This document shows, piece after piece, positions 7,312-15,678 of a stretch of 31,850 nt of DNA. Origin of the DNA: a virus (Duplodnaviria > Caudoviricetes); IMG/VR virus record IMGVR_UViG_3300029183_000248, positions 1 to 31,850 of that record, one strand, 5' to 3'. Position numbers and translations under genes: made by a program. Positions within the stretch are counted from its first letter, which is position 1, and every line of letters begins with the position of its first letter. A model generated the notes under the pieces. That model was not told the origin of the DNA. It made no database searches and saw only the letters and a list, made by a program, of their open reading frames with translations.

Positions 7312-8992
7312 TGACGGCCCTCGTTATCGCATCGGCTCCCGGCACATTGGGAAAACCACGGAAGTTGTCGATGTTGTCGAACTTGGCAACGCAGGTATCA
7401 ACCTGGCCATCACAGCCTGGCGAAATGTATCCGATCTGACCCGGCCCGATCGGTTCGATGGGCTGCCTGTGTAGCTCAACCTCGAAGTAGATGTCTGGGA
7501 CTACTGACGTATAGAGCGTGGAGTTCTTGACCTCATACGCGCGACCGTCAGTGTTGACGTCACCGGTCTCAAACACAAGATTCCCATGATTCCACCAGCC
7601 GCTTCCTTTTCCCGTAGCCCACGAAGAACTACCGTTCAGCTTCGCTACGAACGTTGTCGGAGACAAAACGGTCTCGACCGTGAACTGCCTGGACCACGCT
7701 TCCCGACATGTCCAAGTAACAGACCCATCCGTGGTCGTGTTCCCGACAGTTGTGTCAAACGCCACCGCAAGTCCACTGCTCGTACCCGCAGTCGTACACT
7801 CATAGATTCTATTTTCATATTGCTCGTGTGACTCATGAAGTCGAAATGCAGGGATCCCCGCGTAAAGACTCATCGCCACAGAATCAAAACAGGAGTGGAT
7901 CTCAGCCCCCGTGATTCCGAATACCATCAAGCGTATCCGAATGTATCTTGCCGCTGCAGGAATGGCGACGTTCGTAACGCTTCTTGTTGTCCAGGTGTCG
8001 AGTGGTGAAATAGCTTCTGCCGTCGAATCGTAGAGATCCGAGATGAACGCCCTGTCCTCATCAAGGAACTCGACCTTTACCCGACCCTCGTCGTTGATAT
8101 CGTTGTTGGCGCGTTCAATCGAAAAGTCCGCGCGAAAGTTACCGTCTGCACCCTGCTGCACGTTGCGAGCGAAGTTCCCGACGGCACCACCAATATCAAC
8201 GTCTTGCGAACACTCACCGTCATTCCCCGTTCCCCCCTGAAGCCAACCGGTCCCCTCTTCTGCAGACAGTCCATCGTGAGCAGAGTCCCAGAGATAGAAC
8301 TGAATCCCATCCGCGATTGTCCAACCCGGGATCTCGGCCCCCGATACACCCGTTCCCGTGTGCTCTGCTTCCGTCCCATGCTCGAACCGTGGATTCTGAA
8401 CGACCTGATCATAAACCTTAGTGCTGGCCGCCGTAGCTACTCGAACGAAATCACCCAACGCATAAGCGGTTGAGTTTGCACGCAAGTCCGGCTTGATCGG
8501 GATCCCACACTTCGGGTGACCAACCTCGACGCGGCACAGAGTCTGGTACACGTCGATCACATTCTGGTCGAGCGCCGCGATCATCCCGGAAAGCTGAATC
8601 TCAAAGGTGCCGTCGTCCCTCCTCGTCGTCTTCCCCACACGCCCACGTCGAAGTTCGACAACACCCATGCTCACGTCTTCGTAATTGATCAGCGAGATCA
8701 CGAACTCTGCGTGATCGTAGTACCCGGCCTCTAGTTCCTTCTCGTCGATGCCGGACTCTGAGAAGATTCCCAGCACCTGAAGGTTGTCGATCGACAGGTC
8801 AGACGTTCCCTCGATGTTGGTGCGGCTGAATCCCGTGCTCGCCAGGTACGCGTTAGACAGGTATTCGATGTCCACGTCGAGAGACGTGAAATATTTCGCA
8901 GTTCCATCTTGCCGCACGAGAGACCAGATGTGCGTGACTGTCGTCGTGGACTGCGCGAGATGCGTAGTCATCGCTGTGCTGGCAGTCTTCAT
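7298..8992 (-). CDS. Baseplate hub protein DUF2163/BR0599 with inserted carbohydrate-binding-like domains
   Basis: N-terminal W.LVRQDG...FTSLD.D, CRVEVGHPKC, and C-terminal PGCDGQVDTC..KFDNIDNFRGFPNVPG (four conserved Cys). At 564 aa it is much longer than the basic hub. Confidence 0.9.
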   Translation of the reverse strand: MKTASTAMTTHLAQSTTTVTHIWSLVRQDGTAKYFTSLDVDIEYLSNAYLASTGFSRTNIEGTSDLSIDNLQVLGIFSESGIDEKELEAGYYDHAEFVISLINYEDVSMGVVELRRGRVGKTTRRDDGTFEIQLSGMIAALDQNVIDVYQTLCRVEVGHPKCGIPIKPDLRANSTAYALGDFVRVATAASTKVYDQVVQNPRFEHGTEAEHTGTGVSGAEIPGWTIADGIQFYLWDSAHDGLSAEEGTGWLQGGTGNDGECSQDVDIGGAVGNFARNVQQGADGNFRADFSIERANNDINDEGRVKVEFLDEDRAFISDLYDSTAEAISPLDTWTTRSVTNVAIPAAARYIRIRLMVFGITGAEIHSCFDSVAMSLYAGIPAFRLHESHEQYENRIYECTTAGTSSGLAVAFDTTVGNTTTDGSVTWTCREAWSRQFTVETVLSPTTFVAKLNGSSSWATGKGSGWWNHGNLVFETGDVNTDGRAYEVKNSTLYTSVVPDIYFEVELHRQPIEPIGPGQIGYISPGCDGQVDTCVAKFDNIDNFRGFPNVPGADAITRAVNVPS

Positions 8993-8996
8993 CTTC

Positions 8997-9650
8997 CTAG
9001 TCGGTCTCCCACAGTTCTACCAGTTCGATCTTCTGTGCGCGCCCGAGCATGTCCGCATTGTCGTCCGCGTTCTCACCCGGGTACACGAGTTCGAAGTCGA
9101 TCTTGTCTTCTACGAACCGCACGCAAACGTCGAACTCACACTGGATGTCAACCGGACCAGTAGGAGTGGAGTTGAAGGTGATTAGTCCAGTATCGTAGTC
9201 AACTGTGTAATCGCTCCCACCGCCCTCTGTTTGAACAACTGAATTGTCTCTGACCACCAACGTGCCATTCACGATCTTGACAATCGTTCGGTCGAACGTG
9301 AACGCGTCTTTCGTGTAGGTCTTCTTGGCCTGGTAGACAACGTTCGAACCACTGATTGCTTCGATCACCTGGTACCCATTCAAGTCGTCTGGGATCTGGT
9401 AATCCGAGTGATCTTTGAATCGAAACGAATACGCCCGGCCGCGCACGACCAAGAACAGATCTCTGATGTCTCGTAGATTCGTCATCGTCCTCACGCCATA
9501 CGCCACATCCCAGAGACCGCGAACCCGGCTGTTGTTCTGGTTTCGCTTTTCGTGTCCGCTGTCCAACTCGATTACGGTCGTGTCAAACATCGGGCCACCA
9601 CGCGCACCTACCTCAACGTCTGTTGGTAGCCGTACATCTCGGAAAGACAT
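8997..9650 (-). CDS. Distal tail protein DUF2460 (TIGR02217-like)
   Basis: F.DVRLP...GARGGPMFDT.VIELDSGHEKRN, RGRAYSFRFKD..DY, EFDV.VRF. Directly follows the tape measure. Confidence 0.9.
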   Translation of the reverse strand: MSFRDVRLPTDVEVGARGGPMFDTTVIELDSGHEKRNQNNSRVRGLWDVAYGVRTMTNLRDIRDLFLVVRGRAYSFRFKDHSDYQIPDDLNGYQVIEAISGSNVVYQAKKTYTKDAFTFDRTIVKIVNGTLVVRDNSVVQTEGGGSDYTVDYDTGLITFNSTPTGPVDIQCEFDVCVRFVEDKIDFELVYPGENADDNADMLGRAQKIELVELWETD

Positions 9651-12314
9651 CTACGATCTCCTCCATTCTCTCTCGGCAGCGCGCCGCGCCGACCGTGCCA
9701 GTTGCGGCGCAGATCTCCGGAACATGTCCGGGTTGTCGGTTTTGATTTGCTGAACCACCGTGACGCCTCCCTGCTTTGCAGCGAAATCATCTGGTGTAGT
9801 CCCGAGCTTGGTGACGAATTCCCCGCCAGGATTTGCCGTCCCGATCGGAGCACCTATAATCTCTCCACTTCCTGAGTTCCCACCTGAGAATGCACCAGAC
9901 AGAGCAGAGGTCAAAGTACCTACGATGAATTTCCGAAACGCCAGGCGCGCCAGGTCTGCCTGGATCGAATTGACAAGGTCCTTGAAGGTCACCTTTTGAT
10001 TCGTCGCGAACTGCACAAACAGGTTTTCCAGTCCACGCACGGAATTCGTAAACGTTCTTTCAAGCTGTCTCGCCGCATCACCATAAAGATTCTGGATGCG
10101 CAACGCGGAATCCCTGATCTTCCCGCGCGCCGTGTCGGAGAACGCGCGATCCATTGCCTCTCTCGTCTCATCGAACAGGTTGGGTAGTTCCTCTGCGCGA
10201 TCGTGTACATGAGCAAGAGCGCCTTCAAGATTCTCCAGTCCATTCACTGCGTCCTGAATGCCTGAAATGTCTTGTGGGAACTCAAGCAGTTTTTCAGGCG
10301 CTTCCTTCCCGTCGAGCGTCACGCTTGCCAGTGCACCCTTCACCGCATCCAGGCTTGCCTGGAGACTGTCCACGGCCGCGATCTGGTCGGCTACGTTGTC
10401 TTTCACGTCAGACGTTACGAAGTTGAACTGATCGCGGTACTCCATGATCTCGCTCTGGACGCCAACGATCGAAGCTCCGACCTTCGCAATGTCTTCTTCT
10501 GTCTTCGCGCCTGCAACAGCGGCCTGAATCTGTTTGATCGCGCGGCCAGTTTTCTGGAACTGGGTTTCAATCTCCCGCTGCTCCCTGAGTGCATTTTCTG
10601 TCAGGCGCATCGCTGCCACCATCGCTGCTTCATCGACGATCGCTGACGAGTCAAAGTTGATTGGAAGGAACAGGAACCTCAGAACATCGGCCAGGCTCTT
10701 CACCTCGATGCCGATCGCGCTCAGAGATCCAATGACACGGGACCTGAGTTCACCTGCGACGAAATCGTTGAAGTCACGGGCAGCCGACGCCGCGTCCGCA
10801 AATCCCTGCCGAATTCCGGACAGGCCGTCACTCATTACAACTGCCGTCCCACGGAAGATGTCTCCGAGAGAAACAGTCACCGAAGACATGCTGGAAGTTT
10901 CCTCTCGCATAAAGACGATGGCATCAGCCCACTTCATGATCTCTTTTCTGAAGAGCACTACACCGACGAGAGTCGATCCGATTGCTGCAGCGAATGCACC
11001 GATCGGGTGAAGCCGGATTGCCGTGAACAGGAGAGCAATGTTGCTTCTCAACGAACCGATCGCACCCACACTCTTTCTGCCAATGCCGTCCGCAATCAAG
11101 GTCGCAAGTCCACCAAGTGCACGCGCGGCCAACTTCACCGCACCAGAAGCAAGGACAGTCCCAAGCACGATCGCCATTGTCTTCACGACCGGCACAAACG
11201 CTTCCACATTCGACGACAAGGCGCGTATCGCGGTAGCCGTAGATCTCACCGCAGAAGTCAACGTACTCTCCGCTCCGAGATCTCCGATCTCAAGGATCAG
11301 ACCCTGAATCGCAGACTGCACGGCAAAGATCGCACCGTTCAGATTGTTGTCCATCGTTGCGGCCACATTCTTCGCGAAGTCATCCAACTCCTGCATCTCC
11401 TGGCCCATCTCTTTGAGCTTCGGAATGGAGTTGACCAGGACGTTTACGGCCGCTGCGGTTCTCTTGTCGAACAATTCAACGGACTCTGCCACGCCAACGT
11501 TCGCAGCCTTCAGCTTCTCAAGCACGGGGATCAACCCGTCCGTCTCGATGCTGACTCCGCCCAGAGTTCTCTGCAGTTCCTCTGACGGCGCAGCGAGCTT
11601 GACCAGAATCGACCGAAGACCAGTACCGGCAAGAGTCGCCTGAATCCCTGCATCGGAAAGAGCGCCGATCGCAGCCGACGTGTCCGATACCGAGAGGTTG
11701 AGTCCAGCAGCAATTGGTGCTGCGAACTTCATCGCCTCACCAAGCTGCTCGACATTCGTGTTTGCGTTGTTAGCTGTGAACGCCAGGACATCGACCACAC
11801 GATTCGTCTTTGCCGCATCCAGCCCGAAACCGGTCAGAATGTTCGACGCAATGTCCGCTGCTCGCCCGAGATCAAGCGCACCGGCCTGCGCAAGCAGAAG
11901 GGTTCCCTCTACCGCCTCTAACGACTGCGCGGCACTGAACCCTGCCCTGGCGAGGAACGTGACACCCTCTGCAGCCTGTGTCGCGGTGAACCTGGTCGTA
12001 CTACCGAGACGCTTTGTCTCGTTACGAATCGCCTGGATCTCTTCTGCCGTACCACCCGAAACAGCACTGACCGTTGACATGGCCTGCCCAAAGTCTCGAA
12101 TGACACCGACGCTTCCCTGAAGCGCGAAGATGGCGGACCCTATTCCTACGACAGAGGCCGCCGTCCTGGCGAAGTTGTTCTGGAGAATATTGAGTCTTTG
12201 GGTGCCGTCGCGCTCGATGTCTCGGAAGATCTTCCTCGACTGGTTTCGTCCAGCGCGAAGAGGTCCAACATCTGCCCCGACCGTGGCAAAGAGTTCACCG
12301 ATCGAAAGTCCCAT
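9651..12314 (-). CDS. Tail tape measure protein (TP901-family core)
   Basis: 887 aa, Ala/Gly-rich helical. TTRFTATQAAEG..FLARAG, LLLAQAG.LDL..AADI, TNVEQLGEAMKFAAP, AGTGLRS. Follows the chaperone pair. Confidence 0.95.
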   Translation of the reverse strand: MGLSIGELFATVGADVGPLRAGRNQSRKIFRDIERDGTQRLNILQNNFARTAASVVGIGSAIFALQGSVGVIRDFGQAMSTVSAVSGGTAEEIQAIRNETKRLGSTTRFTATQAAEGVTFLARAGFSAAQSLEAVEGTLLLAQAGALDLGRAADIASNILTGFGLDAAKTNRVVDVLAFTANNANTNVEQLGEAMKFAAPIAAGLNLSVSDTSAAIGALSDAGIQATLAGTGLRSILVKLAAPSEELQRTLGGVSIETDGLIPVLEKLKAANVGVAESVELFDKRTAAAVNVLVNSIPKLKEMGQEMQELDDFAKNVAATMDNNLNGAIFAVQSAIQGLILEIGDLGAESTLTSAVRSTATAIRALSSNVEAFVPVVKTMAIVLGTVLASGAVKLAARALGGLATLIADGIGRKSVGAIGSLRSNIALLFTAIRLHPIGAFAAAIGSTLVGVVLFRKEIMKWADAIVFMREETSSMSSVTVSLGDIFRGTAVVMSDGLSGIRQGFADAASAARDFNDFVAGELRSRVIGSLSAIGIEVKSLADVLRFLFLPINFDSSAIVDEAAMVAAMRLTENALREQREIETQFQKTGRAIKQIQAAVAGAKTEEDIAKVGASIVGVQSEIMEYRDQFNFVTSDVKDNVADQIAAVDSLQASLDAVKGALASVTLDGKEAPEKLLEFPQDISGIQDAVNGLENLEGALAHVHDRAEELPNLFDETREAMDRAFSDTARGKIRDSALRIQNLYGDAARQLERTFTNSVRGLENLFVQFATNQKVTFKDLVNSIQADLARLAFRKFIVGTLTSALSGAFSGGNSGSGEIIGAPIGTANPGGEFVTKLGTTPDDFAAKQGGVTVVQQIKTDNPDMFRRSAPQLARSARRAAEREWRRS

Positions 12315-12331
12315 TACCTACACCGACTTTC

Positions 12332-12760
12332 CTACGAAATGCCTTTCTTCTTTTTGTGCTCCTCCCACTGCGCACGCAGGTGAGGCCAGCCCGCAAAGAT
12401 CTTTTCTTGTATCTCGTTCGGTGTCATCTTCGGTTTCGCGCGGCGTGTAATCGGTTGGTGATCGTGTGGTATTAAGTGTCGTGGATCTCTTGGAAGGAAG
12501 ACTTCGGGTTTGACCGTGCCCAACTTCCGTTTCGTTTTTGTCTGAAGAATTTCCCTCGTTCGGTTAACCAGGTTAGCGTTTGATACAGCGTGCCTGGTCC
12601 AGTTTGCTTTCTCCCCGAAAGGTTCAAGCTGTTCGTACAGTTGCCACTCCATGATCTCCTTCGGAGTGATCATCGTCTTGAGTATTCGCGGACTCGGTAC
12701 TCCCAGTTCTAAACAGAGTCGGTATTCGAATCGCTTGGACTGGGATCTGGCGAGTTTCCC
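12332..12760 (-). CDS. Tail assembly chaperone, gpT-like extension reached by -1 frameshift
   Basis: The -1 frame from the slippery site is open: KLARSQSKRFEYRLCLELGVPSPRILKTMITPKEIMEWQLYEQLEPFGE, a typical gpT-like pattern. The ORF track shows only 12332..12673. Confidence 0.85.
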   Translation of the reverse strand, partial: GKLARSQSKRFEYRLCLELGVPSPRILKTMITPKEIMEWQLYEQLEPFGEKANWTRHAVSNANLVNRTREILQTKTKRKLGTVKPEVFLPRDPRHLIPHDHQPITRRAKPKMTPNEIQEKIFAGWPHLRAQWEEHKKKKGIS

Positions 12761-13212
12761 AAAGTCTTCTTCTGGGACTCCTTGGTCATCCCGGAGATCT
12801 CGAACGCCTTACCTGCAATCCGCTTGATCAGCGAGTCCGTCATATTACACAGGCGTTCTACATCCTGTGGGTACTCGAAGATCTTGTTCCTGTCCTTGTC
12901 TACCGTCGCAAGACAGGTAACAACAGGTCGCATATTGCGAACGTTATCCAGGCTCTTCACGATTCCGTCTTCTGCGACCTCGCCCTCCCCGCCAGCCTCG
13001 CGATCGCGAACAGCATCTTCGACTGCGTCTTTGTTCATGAGTACATTGACTTCGAGAATTTCCCTGTCCGACGCACTGAGTTCCTGTACGTAGACGAAGG
13101 ATCCTTCGCCTAGTTCCGGGGTCTCGACCTTTTCCAGTGCAAGGGGTGGTGCGTTATCGAAAAACTGGTTTCGATTCAAAGAGGCAGAAGGCTTGTCTGT
13201 CGGAGTTCCCAT
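12709..13212 (-). CDS. Tail assembly chaperone (gpG-like)
   Basis: ATG 13212 (MGTPTDK) after AAAGGGGA. EKVETPELGEGSFVYVQELSASDRE motif. The longer 13305 start overlaps a tRNA and is rejected. Confidence 0.85.
   Translation of the reverse strand: MGTPTDKPSASLNRNQFFDNAPPLALEKVETPELGEGSFVYVQELSASDREILEVNVLMNKDAVEDAVRDREAGGEGEVAEDGIVKSLDNVRNMRPVVTCLATVDKDRNKIFEYPQDVERLCNMTDSLIKRIAGKAFEISGMTKESQKKTLGNSPDPSPSDSNTDSV
12754..12763 (-). other. Programmed -1 ribosomal frameshift site (TTTGGGAAAC)
   Basis: In-frame ACT TTG GGA AAC contains G GGA AAC (X XXY YYZ) near the end of the chaperone gene. The shift joins it to the downstream open frame, as in lambda G/GT. Confidence 0.85.
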
Positions 13213-13263
13213 TACGATCCCCTTTCCTTTGTCCGCAGAGTTTCGTTCTCTGTGGTTTTCGAT

Positions 13264-13338
13264 TGGCGAGGGCAGAAGGATTCGAACCTCCGTTCTCGGG
13301 ACCAAAACCCGATGCCTTGACCGCTAGGCTATACCCCC
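13264..13338 (-). tRNA. trnQ: tRNA-Gln (UUG)
   Basis: GGGGGTA TA GCC TAGCGGTCAA GGC A TCGGG TT-TTG-GT CCCGA GAAC GGAGG TTCGAAT CCTTC TGCCCTC G CCA: complete cloverleaf with encoded CCA. Confidence 0.93.
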
Positions 13339-13353
13339 AAAAAAATGGTGAGT

Positions 13354-13430
13354 TGGTTAGGGCGAGAGGATTCGAACCTCCGACTCCCTGGTCCCAAACC
13401 AGGTGCGCTACCAAACTGCGCTACGCCCTA
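13354..13430 (-). tRNA. trnP: tRNA-Pro (UGG)
   Basis: TAGGGCG TA GCGC AGTTTGGTA GCGC A CCTGG TT-TGG-GA CCAGG GAGTC GGAGG TTCGAAT CCTCT CGCCCTA A CCA: complete cloverleaf with encoded CCA. Confidence 0.95.
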
Positions 13431-13446
13431 ACAACCCCCATGTCGT

Positions 13447-13860
13447 TTACGTGATCAGAGTCGGCTGTCCGGTCACCTTGATCGTCGCCGTCATCGTGAT
13501 CAGTTCGTCGGTACTCCCCTTGAGAGGAGTCCCCGTTACGAACCCGTCGAGTTGAATGGTGAAGTTACCGGCATCCGGCATCACCATTTGATACGTCTTC
13601 GCAGTCGAAGACAAGAAGTCCGTCCACATGCTGTTGAACGCGGCCACCGTGAAGTTCATTTCTAGCGTGATCAGTCCGCCGTCTCTGAAACTCGGCGTCC
13701 ACGTACGCCAGCCACCGGACGTATCCATCGTGGTCGTTTCGAGAAAGTCACGCTCGAACTCCGGCCCGTCGAACGATCGAATCTCTGCGATGTTGTCGAA
13801 TACTCCAGACGAAACATCGTTCTCTCTCTTGAACGCAAATCCTACGGCCGCGAGTGCCAT
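13447..13860 (-). CDS. Major tail tube protein
   Basis: IAEIRSFDGP..ERDFLETTTMD..GGWRTW.P..RDGG.ITLEMNF, F.GFVT, TATIKVTGQP: siphovirus tube pattern. 137 aa. Confidence 0.9.
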   Translation of the reverse strand: MALAAVGFAFKRENDVSSGVFDNIAEIRSFDGPEFERDFLETTTMDTSGGWRTWTPSFRDGGLITLEMNFTVAAFNSMWTDFLSSTAKTYQMVMPDAGNFTIQLDGFVTGTPLKGSTDELITMTATIKVTGQPTLIT

Positions 13861-13883
13861 AATGAAACCCCTTTCCCTTTGAC

Positions 13884-14294
13884 CTAACTTTCGTCTCTTC
13901 GCTTCACGCGAAAAGTTGCGGAGAATTTCGGACGATCATTCGAGTCGTAGCCAATTGAACCTGGTGCAATCAGCGTCCAGATCTTGATGTATCTGGTCGT
14001 CCCGATGAGTTGGTCTCTGACGGCCGTTAGAATCCCTTCGACATCGCGTGCCAAAGATTCGGCTTCGTCATAGTCACCCTTGTCTCCCCGCACGGTCACT
14101 TGAAGTCGGGGGTTTTCGATGTCGTTCACTTCAGTTGCGATCTCCGGTTCTTCGCCAGGAGAGTCAACGAGAACGACGCACAGTCCCTTCGTCTTCGTCG
14201 GGATACGCCCTCGATAGAGATTCGTTGCCGACGTCAGAGGCACAGAAGAGTCTGCGTCTAAAAGAACTAACATATCCATGCTGACAGAGTTCAT
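13884..14294 (-). CDS. Tail terminator protein
   Basis: ENPRLQVTVRG...YDEAESLA, IGYDSNDRPKFSATF. Immediately precedes the tube gene. Confidence 0.8.
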   Translation of the reverse strand: MNSVSMDMLVLLDADSSVPLTSATNLYRGRIPTKTKGLCVVLVDSPGEEPEIATEVNDIENPRLQVTVRGDKGDYDEAESLARDVEGILTAVRDQLIGTTRYIKIWTLIAPGSIGYDSNDRPKFSATFRVKRRDES

Positions 14295-14315
14295 TTTTTT
14301 GTATCCTGACCGCCC

Positions 14316-14579
14316 CTACTCGGCCTCGCTCTTACGCCCGTACAGGACTTCAGTGCAACTCGTTAGAGCATTCACGCGAGCTTCCAGGCAGTCGCCTTCT
14401 ACCCAGACCTCGATCCATCCAGGGAGCGTTGCCGACGCCGAGATCCGGCTTACACGACCGTTCCTCGCTAGCTCGCCCATCTTGTAGACTCGACCGTCCG
14501 CACATCGGAGCGTGGTGATCGGCTGCTCTGCTGCCTCGAATAGACCTTCGCCTTCTACTACTACCTGATCATTGTCCAT
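14316..14579 (-). CDS. Hypothetical protein
   Basis: 87-aa ORF filling the gap between the gp10-like gene and the terminator on the same strand; no recognisable motif. Confidence 0.55.
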   Translation of the reverse strand: MDNDQVVVEGEGLFEAAEQPITTLRCADGRVYKMGELARNGRVSRISASATLPGWIEVWVEGDCLEARVNALTSCTEVLYGRKSEAE

Positions 14580-14926
14580 CTCTGTAGAATCCTTAATGCC
14601 TGGTGGCGTTCATTGATGATTGCGACTTCCAAGAACTTCCACTGTCCCACCTTGTAGTTCTTGTTCTTCTCGTGCACGGCCGCTGCATACTTGGCCGTGT
14701 AGTAAATGATCACGGCCCATCCAACACGCGACTGGTAAGTCCGGATCCCGGCCGTTGCCCGCAAGTGACCCGTGTCGATCGGGGTGAGCTTGATTGCGGC
14801 CGCGCGAATATGAAACCCGACTGCAGCCATCCCCGATCGCGACCGGTTCTGTATCGCGCGAATCTCTCTGTTGAGATTCTTGATGACCTTCCGCGCGCCA
14901 CGAACACGCTTGACCTTGGGACTCAT
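14561..14926 (-). CDS. HK97 gp10-like tail-completion/neck protein
   Basis: Basic protein with TPIDTGHLRA, YAAAVHE and GQWKFLE motifs. Confidence 0.85.
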   Translation of the reverse strand: MSPKVKRVRGARKVIKNLNREIRAIQNRSRSGMAAVGFHIRAAAIKLTPIDTGHLRATAGIRTYQSRVGWAVIIYYTAKYAAAVHEKNKNYKVGQWKFLEVAIINERHQALRILQRWTMIR

Positions 14927-15279
14927 ACAAGGAACCAGGCAAGGAGAACGTCGCCCTCTCCTGATGGATCGGGGTTCCTCTCTTTTCCTTTCACCTGAAA
15001 CGAGTTCTCTTCGTCTGCCGGTTGCGTCGATGCCCCCGACGCCAGGTCAGTCAGCTTCCCGAGAAACACCCAGTCACCAACTTCCAACACGACGTCCGTG
15101 TAGATGCGTGCGCGAGATACGATCTCTTCCCCTGAGTCGTCCTGGAACGTCTCGTTGCGATCCTCCCACATGCAGGCGATCTCAGCAGCGTCAGGAAAAG
15201 TTTCCTTCGCTGCTGCATCTGTCGTCTGGCCGGTCCACCTGACGGCGGTGTCCGTATAAAACTCAGCCCATTCAGTCAT
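14923..15279 (-). CDS. Head-closure (stopper) protein
   Basis: CMWED....F.DDSGEEIVSRARIY...GDWVFLG. Located between the adaptor and gp10-like genes. Confidence 0.75.
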   Translation of the reverse strand: MTEWAEFYTDTAVRWTGQTTDAAAKETFPDAAEIACMWEDRNETFQDDSGEEIVSRARIYTDVVLEVGDWVFLGKLTDLASGASTQPADEENSFQVKGKERNPDPSGEGDVLLAWFLV

Positions 15280-15285
15280 GCCACT

Positions 15286-15678
15286 CTACCTGTCTATCGC
15301 GCCATACACTTCAATACCGGCCTGCTTCTCAGCAGACTGCATGTTCGCGAGCGTCCCCGAGGTATCGATTAGAAGCGCCGTCTGACCGAACACGGTCGCG
15401 TTGAGACGTTCGCCCATCTTGCCCATGTCGTGCTTGAGACTTGCCTGACCGACCTTCTTCTGCACGATCGTGTTCGAAGTCTTCTTCGTAAGCGTCACGA
15501 TGTGTGCCGCTATATTCAGTTCGAGATCGACTAACGTTTCATCACTGTGCCCGACCGACGTGAGGTTCGTCGTCACAATGTTGTTCGCGATCTTTACGTG
15601 CAGGTCGATGTCCTCAGGGGTGAGCATCGTGTTCTTCATGTACCGAAGGACCGCTGCGCTTTCGACTCGACAACTCAT
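15286..15678 (-). CDS. Head-tail adaptor protein
   Basis: LELNIAAHIV, KVGQAS, LNATVFGQTALLIDTSGTL motifs; first neck gene. Confidence 0.8.
   Translation of the reverse strand: MSCRVESAAVLRYMKNTMLTPEDIDLHVKIANNIVTTNLTSVGHSDETLVDLELNIAAHIVTLTKKTSNTIVQKKVGQASLKHDMGKMGERLNATVFGQTALLIDTSGTLANMQSAEKQAGIEVYGAIDR

Noticed and set aside
1500-9650. Gene transfer agent rather than phage
   Set aside because: Only the tail tip is GTA-like; the 887-aa tape measure, the different head module, the tRNAs and the accessory genes fit a phage.
13264-13430. Repeated GGATTCGAACCTCCG as an att site or prophage boundary
   Set aside because: It is the shared T-arm of two complete tRNAs; phage tail genes continue on both sides and there is no integrase in the window.
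13154-13454. ORFs 13154..13414 (-) and 13137..13454 (+), and the 13305 start for the chaperone
   Set aside because: They are translations of the two tRNA genes; the chaperone has a better start with an RBS at 13212.
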